Origin: Candidatus Kaiserbacteria bacterium
GTDB taxonomy: Bacteria > Patescibacteriota > Minisyncoccia > Phycocordibacterales > UBA2100
Length of the DNA stretch: 64,000 nucleotides
Reading direction: 5' to 3'
Assembly (NCBI GenBank): GCA_023267655.1
Contig: JAHFMV010000001.1
Span: 31,954-95,953 of the forward strand
Shown: positions 1 through 8,500 of the stretch, piece after piece
Layout of the letters: each line of letters begins with the position of its first letter
Position numbering within the stretch: the stretch's first letter is position 1
Made by a program: the position numbers and the translations under genes
Notes under the pieces: model-generated
Databases searched by the model: none
Seen by the model: the letters and a program-made list of their open reading frames with translations, nothing else
Told to the model about the DNA's origin: nothing

Positions 1-409
1 ATACATTCGCGAACACAACCTCACCAACGTCGAACTGCGTCCGTCAATCACCCACGACAAAGTACCTGAAGCCATAAACTCCTTTGACATCTGCATCAGC
101 TACCCGTTGAAATTTCGCGATGGTGCGACATCGCCGTTCAAAATCTACGAATATCTCGCCTGCGGAAAACCGGTCGTGTCCTCGGATTTGAAAAGCATGC
201 GCGAGGAGTTCGGTGACATCCTCGCGTACGCCGAAGCCGAAAATGCGGAGTCACTCGCACGTACGCTCAAGAAATTGATTGACAACCCCGCAGCCCGAAG
301 CGCGGCCGGCGAAGCCGGCCGCGCCTTCGTTGAGAACGGCAGAAGCTGGAAATCCGTCGCAGGAAAGATCATTGCTTTGTATGCGGTAATCGAACAACCG
401 AACAGGTAA
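1..409 (+). CDS. Glycosyltransferase family 4 (GT-B), C-terminal part, truncated by window edge
   Basis: Frame open from base 2 (YIREHNLTNVELRPSITHDKVPEAINSFDI...); SPFKIYEYLACGKPVVSSD motif and GRAFVENGRSW terminal helix typical of GT4. Confidence 0.85.
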   Translation, partial: YIREHNLTNVELRPSITHDKVPEAINSFDICISYPLKFRDGATSPFKIYEYLACGKPVVSSDLKSMREEFGDILAYAEAENAESLARTLKKLIDNPAARSAAGEAGRAFVENGRSWKSVAGKIIALYAVIEQPNR

Positions 410-426
410 CTGGTCGTTCCACTCGC

Positions 427-807
427 TTATTCCATGAGCGGCCTCATATCGTCAAAGGGAGGTACATACGATGTACCATGTGCTTGGAGATATACATGCA
501 ATTTTTCTTCAAGCCGCGGAATATTTTGGTGGGCGATTTTCCATATTGTCCCAAGTTCGAGCATAAAATAATCATGCGAAATGATATTGCGTAGTCCGAC
601 AATCATCTTCCACGGTGCGTCGATCTCGTTCTGTGTATCCGCATCCAGTTTTTTCGCGAGTTCCCCGATGACTTGCAGCTGCATGATAACGGCGCTTTGC
701 GTCTTGGAGTCCGACAGAAATGCTGGTTCATCGAATCCCGTGATATATTCCGTGGCTTTCTTGCAGGCAGCTATGATGAGATCAATGTAGACATTATTGT
801 CTTTCAT
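427..807 (-). CDS. HepT-like HEPN ribonuclease toxin (DUF86)
   Basis: AVIMQLQVIGE and GLRNIISHDY (RX4H) motifs; overlaps upstream MNT gene. Confidence 0.9.
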   Translation of the reverse strand: MKDNNVYIDLIIAACKKATEYITGFDEPAFLSDSKTQSAVIMQLQVIGELAKKLDADTQNEIDAPWKMIVGLRNIISHDYFMLELGTIWKIAHQNIPRLEEKLHVYLQAHGTSYVPPFDDMRPLME

Positions 808-1090
808 AGATGATCTTCAAATCGCGTTTGATGTAGGGGCGCATTCGGGCGACAACCTGTGTATCCGGCACCAGATCTACTTCAACCCCCAGGATATTTT
901 TAAGGTCTTCCTCCGCCTCTTGCTTTTCAAGAAAACTAATCGGATGTCCTTCGTCAGAGAACAAGAAATCCGCATCACTATCGGCTCGATTGTCTCCTCG
1001 TGCGCGCGAACCGAAGACGCCAACCTTGCGGAAGCCGTACTTCTTGAATATTGGCCGCGCCTTCTCGACAAGTGAATCTAGATCTTCCAT
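794..1090 (-). CDS. MntA-like minimal nucleotidyltransferase antitoxin
   Basis: VFGSRARGDNRADSDADF (GS-x10-DxD); start MEDLDSL preceded by TACCAT box. Confidence 0.9.
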   Translation of the reverse strand: MEDLDSLVEKARPIFKKYGFRKVGVFGSRARGDNRADSDADFLFSDEGHPISFLEKQEAEEDLKNILGVEVDLVPDTQVVARMRPYIKRDLKIIYERQ

Positions 1091-1147
1091 ACCCACGATG
1101 GTAGCATATTTTTCGCCATATCGCTGTATGTGGTTAGGCAGGATTTT

Positions 1148-1240
1148 GCGGCCGGCGAAGCCGGCCGCGCCTTCGTCGAAAATGGCCACAGCTGGCGTGC
1201 GGTTGCAGAAAAGATTCTCGCACTCACGAGCCTCTTTTGA
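1148..1240 (+). pseudogene. Stranded alternative 3' end of the GT4 gene
   Basis: AAGEAGRAFVENGHSWRAVAEKILALTSLF* versus AAGEAGRAFVENGRSWKSVAGKIIALYAV in the intact gene; 29 bp identical (302-330 = 1148-1176). Confidence 0.85.
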
Positions 1241-1251
1241 AGTGGTAACGA

Positions 1252-1542
1252 CTATCGGCGTGGGGATCCGAATACTTTTTCTTCGAGTTTGCCGAGGCGG
1301 ACTTCGGTCTTTGTGTCCCGCAGCTGCTGCTCGATTGAGTTGACCTGGGTCTGGAGTGCATATACCTGATCTTTGGTGGCAAGTCCGTCCATTCGTGCGT
1401 CAATGCGGGCTACATCTTCTGCGACGGCGCCGAAGCCCTTCTCCATCCGCGCATCAATGCCGACAACATCTTCGGCAATCGTCTCTACGAGCTTCGTCAA
1501 TTTGTCGATTTTGTTCTCGAGGGTTGGTTTTGCGGATTTCAT
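1252..1542 (-). CDS. Small coiled-coil hypothetical protein
   Basis: MKSAKPTLENK...; internal repeat AEDVxxIDARM; TATACT box 7 nt before ATG. Confidence 0.7.
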   Translation of the reverse strand: MKSAKPTLENKIDKLTKLVETIAEDVVGIDARMEKGFGAVAEDVARIDARMDGLATKDQVYALQTQVNSIEQQLRDTKTEVRLGKLEEKVFGSPRR

Positions 1543-1561
1543 ATGCGGCAGTATAGCATGG

Positions 1562-1732
1562 TCATTCTTTGGCATTACGCACCGCTTCAATCTTCTTGAT
1601 AGTACGCTCAAGCGCTGCTCCGCACGTGTTGCAGAGGCGCGCCTGATTGAAAAGGTAGCCGCGGCCGACGCTGTAGCCAGATTTTCTGTCGGGAATTTTC
1701 TTATTGCAGAGATCGCAGAGTTCGATGTTCAT
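1562..1732 (-). CDS. Small CxxC..CxxC zinc-finger protein (56 aa, absent from ORF track)
   Basis: Manual translation MNIELCDLCNKKIPDRKSGYSVGRGYLFNQARLCNTCGAALERTIKKIEAVRNAKE*; TAACAT box 6 nt before ATG. Confidence 0.65.
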   Translation of the reverse strand: MNIELCDLCNKKIPDRKSGYSVGRGYLFNQARLCNTCGAALERTIKKIEAVRNAKE

Positions 1733-1893
1733 CGTGTGATGTTATCACGCATCGATTGCGCGCAAGATTGCGGAGCTGCCTTGATTGTTGTCGATCATGC
1801 ACAGGACGAAAATGAGGTGCAAATGTGGGGTGAAGTACACCGAGCTCGCGCCCGGGCGGTTCAAGAATTTTTGGGAGGATTGAGGACAGCCGG

Positions 1894-2982
1894 TTAGCGG
1901 CGCGGGACGAAGAGCGTGCGCGGAAAGAATTCGTTGTACTCCTCCTCGTTGAACCACGCGCACTTGATGTCGAAGAGCTTGAGACCGGGCACGAGGCGGG
2001 TGAGTGCGAGCGCGTAGATCGCGAGCTGCGCGATCGGCTTGTTGGTTCGTGCGTCCGGTTTGTAATCCAAGATATGCACGGCGCCATTGCGCACCTGCAA
2101 GAAATCGATGTGACCGGTGATGGATCGGTCGGCCGCGCCGGTGCGCGGTGCGAGCTCGATGTGGTGCTGTTGCTCGAGCGCGGTGATGTCCGTCTCCGCT
2201 AGCCAGATCGGGATCTCGATTGCAACCGTGACGCTGTCGTTGGTGAGCATGAACTTCTGCAGCGTCTCGTGTCGCAACTTGTTGTTGCCAACGGCCGGAA
2301 TGATGAGGCCGGCAATGCGGGTCGCGATGTTCTCCTTGCGGTTGACGATCACGCGCGTGATGTCCGCGAAGTCAGGCTGCGCTTGCGACGCGCGGCCGCG
2401 ATCTTCCGCACGAAAGAGGTCGTGCGGACAAATCAGTGGCACGGCCTCCAAGAAATTCGCGAGCGATGCGAAGCGCGTGTCGCCGTGGCGCTTCTCGTCG
2501 AGTTCACCACGACGGAGAAATTCTAGCTTCGGCCGGTGGAACGCGTAGCCATAGACCTGGCGGTGATAGAGCTTGATCGACCGAAGCGTTTGCTCGGGAG
2601 GGAAGAGATGCCGGCCGCGATCACGCAACCGCGAATAGCTCATGAGGTCATGATGCTGCGCGAGCCAGCTCGAGAGCGTCGAGGGAGCGATGTGGCGACC
2701 GCTCTTGGATTTGATGCGCGCTACCGTGTCCTCCAGCGAGTAGCCAAGATTGTAGGTTGAGAGCGCATCGATCACGGTGCGCAGCGGGTAGGTTTTGTTT
2801 TTGAGCGCGGCGGGGCCGGGCGTGAAGACGCGCTTGCACGATGCGCATCGCCACAGTTGCACGATCTCCAACTTCTTCTTGCGCGTGCCACGGCGCGTGA
2901 CGACGTGGCTGCCGCAGTGCGGACAGGCGTCGGGTTGCTTTGCGGTGAGCGGGACGCGGGCGATGCGGGGGATGGGGGACAT
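1894..2982 (-). CDS. Zn-ribbon/HTH + PD-(D/E)XK nuclease fusion protein
   Basis: CPHCGS...WRCASCKRVF (IS1 InsA-like Zn ribbon), HTH-like segment, C-terminal GHIDFL...ILDYK...QLAIYA (RecB/AddA-type nuclease motifs); start could be as far up as 3087. Confidence 0.75.
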   Translation of the reverse strand: MSPIPRIARVPLTAKQPDACPHCGSHVVTRRGTRKKKLEIVQLWRCASCKRVFTPGPAALKNKTYPLRTVIDALSTYNLGYSLEDTVARIKSKSGRHIAPSTLSSWLAQHHDLMSYSRLRDRGRHLFPPEQTLRSIKLYHRQVYGYAFHRPKLEFLRRGELDEKRHGDTRFASLANFLEAVPLICPHDLFRAEDRGRASQAQPDFADITRVIVNRKENIATRIAGLIIPAVGNNKLRHETLQKFMLTNDSVTVAIEIPIWLAETDITALEQQHHIELAPRTGAADRSITGHIDFLQVRNGAVHILDYKPDARTNKPIAQLAIYALALTRLVPGLKLFDIKCAWFNEEEYNEFFPRTLFVPRR

Positions 2983-3132
2983 ACTATTGTATGTGTTCAC
3001 CGTATCATGCAGATCACGGATTTTGAATGGAGAGCTCACGAATTCTGGACGCGTGAGCGCACGCGTTTTGGATGCGGAGCGGCTCACGGATATTGAGCAA
3101 GAGGAGGCGCGCGGAGCGCGCGGTTGAGCCGA

Positions 3133-3572
3133 CTATTGGGTGCCGGTGTCGGGGAGTTCCGCTGGCTCCGGAGGAGCGTTGCCGTCATGCGACGACTGCT
3201 CCGCGCCCTGCGGTTGCGGGTTGTCGTTTGCTGCGGGTGGGATGAGCACCAATGGTGTTGACGAGGATACATCTAATAGAGAGGACGGTGCGACTGGGGG
3301 TGTGCTGGTCGCGGCATCAACCGGTGTGGTAGTGGTTGGGGTGTCCGCATGCATCTCCAATGCGGATGAGCCGCTCGGCGCCCCCGCGCCGTCTCCTACC
3401 GGCGTTGTGATGCTGGCGGCTGATGATTGGCTTCCTCGAAACACCGCTTCGAATTGCTCCGGCGTGACGCAGGTCGAGCCGACGCAGAGTTCGTCGGTGT
3501 TCACGCGGCCGAAATTTCCCACCTTGGCGAAGAAGTCGGTGATGCCGTCTGAGGCGGAAACCGAGCCACGTC
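3133..3572 (-). pseudogene. Stranded alternative 3' end of the 1959-aa S74 protein gene
   Basis: WLG(frameshift)SASDGITDFFAK...LCVGSTCV...AGAPSGSSALEMHADT...PPAANDN parallels WLADATNGIGEVFAR...LCINDTCV...AGAPGGSSALEIHADT...PPAANDN; near-identical ~40 bp at 3341-3381 and 5731-5771. Confidence 0.85.
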
Positions 3573-3613
3573 ACCAAGGCAACTTTGCAGACCTGCAAAA
3601 ATGCGTCGCTGAC

Positions 3614-5515
3614 TCAACTACAGTGGGCGAGTGAAGCACGTGTTCTAGGACCGACGGCGCCGTAGCCGGTCGTCGTCGAGGAACCGCTTGCGACAATTTC
3701 TTTGGAACGTTGGTACATCTGGACAGCGGTTTGTGTCAGCCTTCCAAAATAGCCGGTGTCGTTGCCCGGAACTAGAAGATGTCGTCCAATGAGATGCCGT
3801 TGCAGCATCGCCACGTCTGTGCCACGGAACCCAACGGAAAGATTGCGCGCGAGCACCGGACACGCGCCTGCGAGTTGCGGGGGAGAGGAGGAAGCGAGGA
3901 CCTGAACATCTGGAATTGCCGGCGGCGGCATTGTCAGCGGCATCGGATTGGATGAAGGCGGCGTGGCAGAAGAGGGAGGCGTTGCAATGGCTGGAACGGC
4001 AGGCGTACCCGGAGTCGGGGTAACCGGGCTCGAAGGTGATGCGGGCGTCAGCGACCGCCACCTGGCGTCATACTCTGCTTGCATGGCCGCGATCGTATCG
4101 CGCACCGACTTCGTGCCATATGCGGTCGTGATCACGTCGTCATAGCGATACGGAAAAATGACGTACTTCGCGTGGTAGGGATGCGGATCGACTGAAGAGC
4201 TTGGGCGCAGTGTGATCGTGTGCAGGTTCGCAAACTTGATGACTCCGTCGTTCGCTCCTTGCGCGACAGTGTACGAAACGGAGCGCGTATCATTCTTGAG
4301 CGTCGGGTCATAAAACCACGCGATCGTAACGTCGTCAGAAGAAGGACCGGAAGCGTTCTCAAACGTGACCCAGCGGAGGTCGATCTGAGGGAAGCCGGAG
4401 TTGTACCCCTGGTTCATTTGGGTGATTGAAGGGATCTCGACTTGCGCGACACCGCTCGGCGATGGCGTGAAGTACCGGCGATAGCCGCTGGTAAAGTAGA
4501 AGGTCGGCAGTTCAAAGAAGCCATTGCGCGTCTTTGCTCCTGCTCCCTTGTTCTCGATGGTGATGTCGTATGCGAGATAGTTGTCAGAAGCAGAGACGGA
4601 CTGTGCGAGATGCAACGTGTCTGCAGCATTCCAAGGTCCCGCATAACTCGGCCCGTAGTCCCAGTTCATCATGGTCATGTCGCCAAAGTCGACGTGGTTT
4701 TGCGCAAGGCTACATGATTGATCTGCAAAGCCGTCGCAGGTGATCGTGGGTGCGTTCGAGCCGGTCGCGACGATCGGAACCATGCTCGTTTGGTTGCCGA
4801 CGTACGTGCAGAAAGCACCGGCTTGAGTCGGATTCCAGTAGCCCTGATGCACGTCGCATGAACTTGCGGTGCCAACTGCACGCGCCATAGCGTTCGCGTC
4901 AGCTTCGTCCTGATCGTGGAACGCGACTTGCAAAGCGGCGCCCATGTTGGCGTGCAGGGCGTTGTGCGGCATCGGATCTTGCAGGGAGGTGCCGACGGCA
5001 CGTTTGCTGTAAAACTCGTAGGTCGCTCCGGTGTTGCGGTCGAGCTTCGCGCTGTAGGCCGACTTGTCGATCGATATCAGACGGTTTTCCGAAAATGCTG
5101 AGTAGTAGGGATCAAGCGTCACGGCCGACGAAACAAGGGTGTCCTTGAAGTCGGGGGGCGGCGCGAGCGTCGTACAGTCAGCTCCAATATCCCACAAGCG
5201 TACCAAGATGTTGGAGCCGGGCGTGCCGACCGGAAGCGGCTTCTTGAAGAGACATAATCCCGATCCGTGATCGGCGAGCGTGCAGCGATTTTGGAAATCG
5301 TTGGCGTCGGTGCCTACGAACCACACGTCTGCCGTGACTGGCGTATTTGGGCAGCCTGGGTACTGCGCCGCGAGCTGTGCTCCCACTGAATTGGCTCGTT
5401 GGGACAACAGGACCGGTTCAATCCAAGATGCTTGTGCAAAGGACGAGGCCGGCACGACAAGTGTTGCGCCAATGACGGACGAAAGAATGAGAGTGCCGTG
5501 GGTCAGATACCGAAT
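3614..5515 (-). CDS. Secreted protein with C-terminal peptidoglycan-binding (PG_binding_1-like) domain
   Basis: C-terminal LSVGFRGTDVAMLQ...TGYFGRLTQTAVQMYQ...GAVGPRTRA; Pro-rich linker; signal-like stretch upstream of GTG 5455 stays in frame to ATT 5515 (start uncertain). Confidence 0.75.
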   Translation of the reverse strand: MRYLTHGTLILSSVIGATLVVPASSFAQASWIEPVLLSQRANSVGAQLAAQYPGCPNTPVTADVWFVGTDANDFQNRCTLADHGSGLCLFKKPLPVGTPGSNILVRLWDIGADCTTLAPPPDFKDTLVSSAVTLDPYYSAFSENRLISIDKSAYSAKLDRNTGATYEFYSKRAVGTSLQDPMPHNALHANMGAALQVAFHDQDEADANAMARAVGTASSCDVHQGYWNPTQAGAFCTYVGNQTSMVPIVATGSNAPTITCDGFADQSCSLAQNHVDFGDMTMMNWDYGPSYAGPWNAADTLHLAQSVSASDNYLAYDITIENKGAGAKTRNGFFELPTFYFTSGYRRYFTPSPSGVAQVEIPSITQMNQGYNSGFPQIDLRWVTFENASGPSSDDVTIAWFYDPTLKNDTRSVSYTVAQGANDGVIKFANLHTITLRPSSSVDPHPYHAKYVIFPYRYDDVITTAYGTKSVRDTIAAMQAEYDARWRSLTPASPSSPVTPTPGTPAVPAIATPPSSATPPSSNPMPLTMPPPAIPDVQVLASSSPPQLAGACPVLARNLSVGFRGTDVAMLQRHLIGRHLLVPGNDTGYFGRLTQTAVQMYQRSKEIVASGSSTTTGYGAVGPRTRASLAHCS

Positions 5516-5537
5516 ATGGTATCACGCATCCGGGCAC

Positions 5538-8500
5538 TTACTCGTTGACAGCTGTGGGTGTGGCCACATCGACGTTGGGCTCATTGTCGTTCGCGGCTGG
5601 TGGAACAGGTGGATCATTCTCCACTGCTCCCTCCTCGCTTCCCGCAGTGCCATCTCCGGTCTCGGTCGGAGTGGTGGGGCCGGTGCTGGTTGCGGTCGGG
5701 GAACTATCCGTCGACGGCGTCGTTGACGCGGTGTCCGCATGTATCTCCAATGCGGATGAGCCGCCGGGCGCTCCAGCTGATCCTCCCGGTCCTGTTGTTG
5801 CAGCGCCGGCGGCTGATGCTGAGAGCATCGCTTTGAGCTGGTCTTCATTGACGCATGTGTCGTTGATGCAGAGTGCATCCTTTGCGCGGAAGACGCGTGC
5901 AAATACTTCGCCGATGCCGTTGGTGGCGTCGGCGAGCCACTGTGTCAGCCGCGCAAAGAGGGAAGCGAAGAAGCGGCTGGTGAAGGTGCCTTCCGGGATT
6001 TCGGGCGTGGTAGTCGCGAGGTCTTCGAGTTTGAGGTTGAGGTCTTGGATCGCCTTTGCGAGGAGGGGCGTGATGCGGCCGTAGTCAACGCTCCACGGCG
6101 TCGAGGTTGCCCCGAGCGGGTCGATGCCGTTGTCGCCGTTGGTGGTCACGGCCCACGGGAAGACCTGTTGCAATTCCTGCGCGATGAAGCCCGTGGTCGT
6201 CGCGTGTGCCGGGTCGGTGATGAAGTCGAAGTCGCGCACCGTGAGACGCATCAGCGCGTCCAGCCCCAGCGTCGTCGTCGCGATGTTCTCTTTGATGCGG
6301 CGATCCGAAGAGGTGTTGTAAGAGACGATGCTTTCATTTTGCGCGATGTTGCCTGCCACCCCGCCCGAGGTATTTAGGAACAACACCGACGAGCCGCTAT
6401 AACTGGCACTCGTGCTCCTCATTGTAATGGCTTGTTGTGTGCTAGCGTTCCAACTTAAATATAATTTTGATCCATCGGAAGTTGCGCCGATGCCGACGTT
6501 GCCGGCGCTGTTCGCGTTGAGCGAAAGTGTCGACCCTTCAATTGCAAGTGGCTTATATACGGCTCCCGCACGGTCGTAAGCGCGGACCTGGCCTGACGTT
6601 CCGTCCCACGTAAGCTCCGTGCCGACACCGTTCGTTGGTGCCACCTGACTCGTCGCGCGTATCGTGCCAAAGACGTCCAATTTTCCGGTTGGAGTAGTTG
6701 TGCCGATGCCGACGTTGCCGCCGCCCGTGACAACAAAATGCGTGGCGGTCGAGGAGCCGATCACAAATTCAGGGACGCCACTGCCGAGGGCATTTGGATT
6801 GACGGAGAGGAGGGCCCACGGACTTGTCGTGCCGATGCCGACGTTGCCGGCGTTCAATGTCATGACATCGCCACCGGTGCGGGTGTAGAGACGGATTTGA
6901 TCCGTTTGCGACGTGGGCCGGTAAATTCCTCCCGCTTCGAGACTATCCGACTGGAACGACAGTGCACTCAAAGATGCGTTAGGTGAATTTATAACTGAAT
7001 ACGTATTGCCTGTGCTCGAGACCACTAATGTCTTGGCGGGCGACGTGGTGCCGATGCCGACGTTGCCGCTGGAGTTAACGAGGAAGTAGGTGGCCGTGCT
7101 GGAGCCGATGGCGAAGGAGTTGATGCCTGCGGCTGCATGCACGCTCAGCTGCGCCCACGGGGACGTGGTGGCTATTCCGAATTTCCCGGCGCTGTATGCC
7201 GAGCCGTCGTTGTTCACCTGGAAGAGAGTAGTCGACGCGGAGTTCGCGACGAGGAATGATTGCGTTGAAGCCGATGTGTCAGAGCCCCAGAGCGTGAGTT
7301 TAGAGTATGGGGTGGAGGTGCCGATGCCGACGAGGTCGGTGCTATCGGCGAGGAATGATTGTGTGTTGTCGTTTTGCCAGCCGCCGGCGGTGGCGTTTAC
7401 GGGTGCGATGAGGGCGCCGGTGAAGTAGGTCGCAGCTGCAGTACCGTCAATTATTGTCCCGTCAGTAGTGCCACGTGCTTCGATATAGTCCGTTGTGCCG
7501 TTCATATCAACAACGGCTGTTGCCATGCCCGTGGCGTCAAAACTACTGCCGCGATAACGGCCAACCCCAACTGGGATCGCATTTTTGTATATTGATCCAT
7601 CGCAGTATGCGACTGAAACGGACTGGCCAAAATCTCCGCAACGAACCGAGAGAGTGATGATGTACTTGCCTGGGACTGTCGGCGTGAATTTGTTCGAGGC
7701 GAAATTGTTATTGGTGTCGAATGTCTCTGTGGACCAGGTCAAAGCAGTGTCGACGTTCGCCGACACCGTCTGATCCGTCCCGTTCTTGTTCACACTAAAA
7801 CTCGGCCCACTGGTAGCGGTCGTGACGCCCTGCCACGTGCCGCCGGAGTTCTTGAACTCGAGCATGCCCGCGTTGTCGCGGAAGCCGTAGCCCGAGGTGC
7901 CTTCGGTCGCGCCGAAGTTCAGATAACCGCTTGCCGGGAAAAGCGCGTTGCCGCTCGCCGTGAACGTCGTCGTCGCCGTGCCGCCGAAGTATGCGCTGTA
8001 TGCAGAGAGCATTGTCGTCGAAGCTCCGCCGTTGAAGAGCGTGAGCGTTGTTGTTGCGCTCGTCCCTGCGACCGCGTGGGTAAAGGGATCGCCGCCCGAG
8101 CCGGAGCCGCATGCGGACGCATTTGCCGAGACCGTGCCGTCGCTACCCACTTGCAAGCAGCGCGTTCCCGTCCCGCCTGTGTTCGAGATCACGAGCGCCG
8201 TCGTCGATGCGGTCGTAGCGGAGAGCATCGTTGTCGATGCGAAGGGGATTGAAAGTGCCGTGCCCGCGGGTGCGGCGAAGTTGATGGTGAGATTTGATCC
8301 GCCAACGAGTGCACCGGCAGTTCCGGAGAACGAAAGCGCGGTGCCGGCCGACAAGGAACTTGTCGCGACCGATTGATACGCAGTGCTACCGCCGTACAAG
8401 AGTTGTGAGACGGGAGCGGTCGTGGTGCCGGTACCACCTTTCGCGATTGTGAGCGTTCCCGTGATTGTCGAGAGCGTGGAGGTTGCGATCCACGACGGCT

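Noticed and set aside
1894-3087. IS1-family insertion sequence
   Set aside because: No DDE domain, terminal inverted repeats or target duplication found
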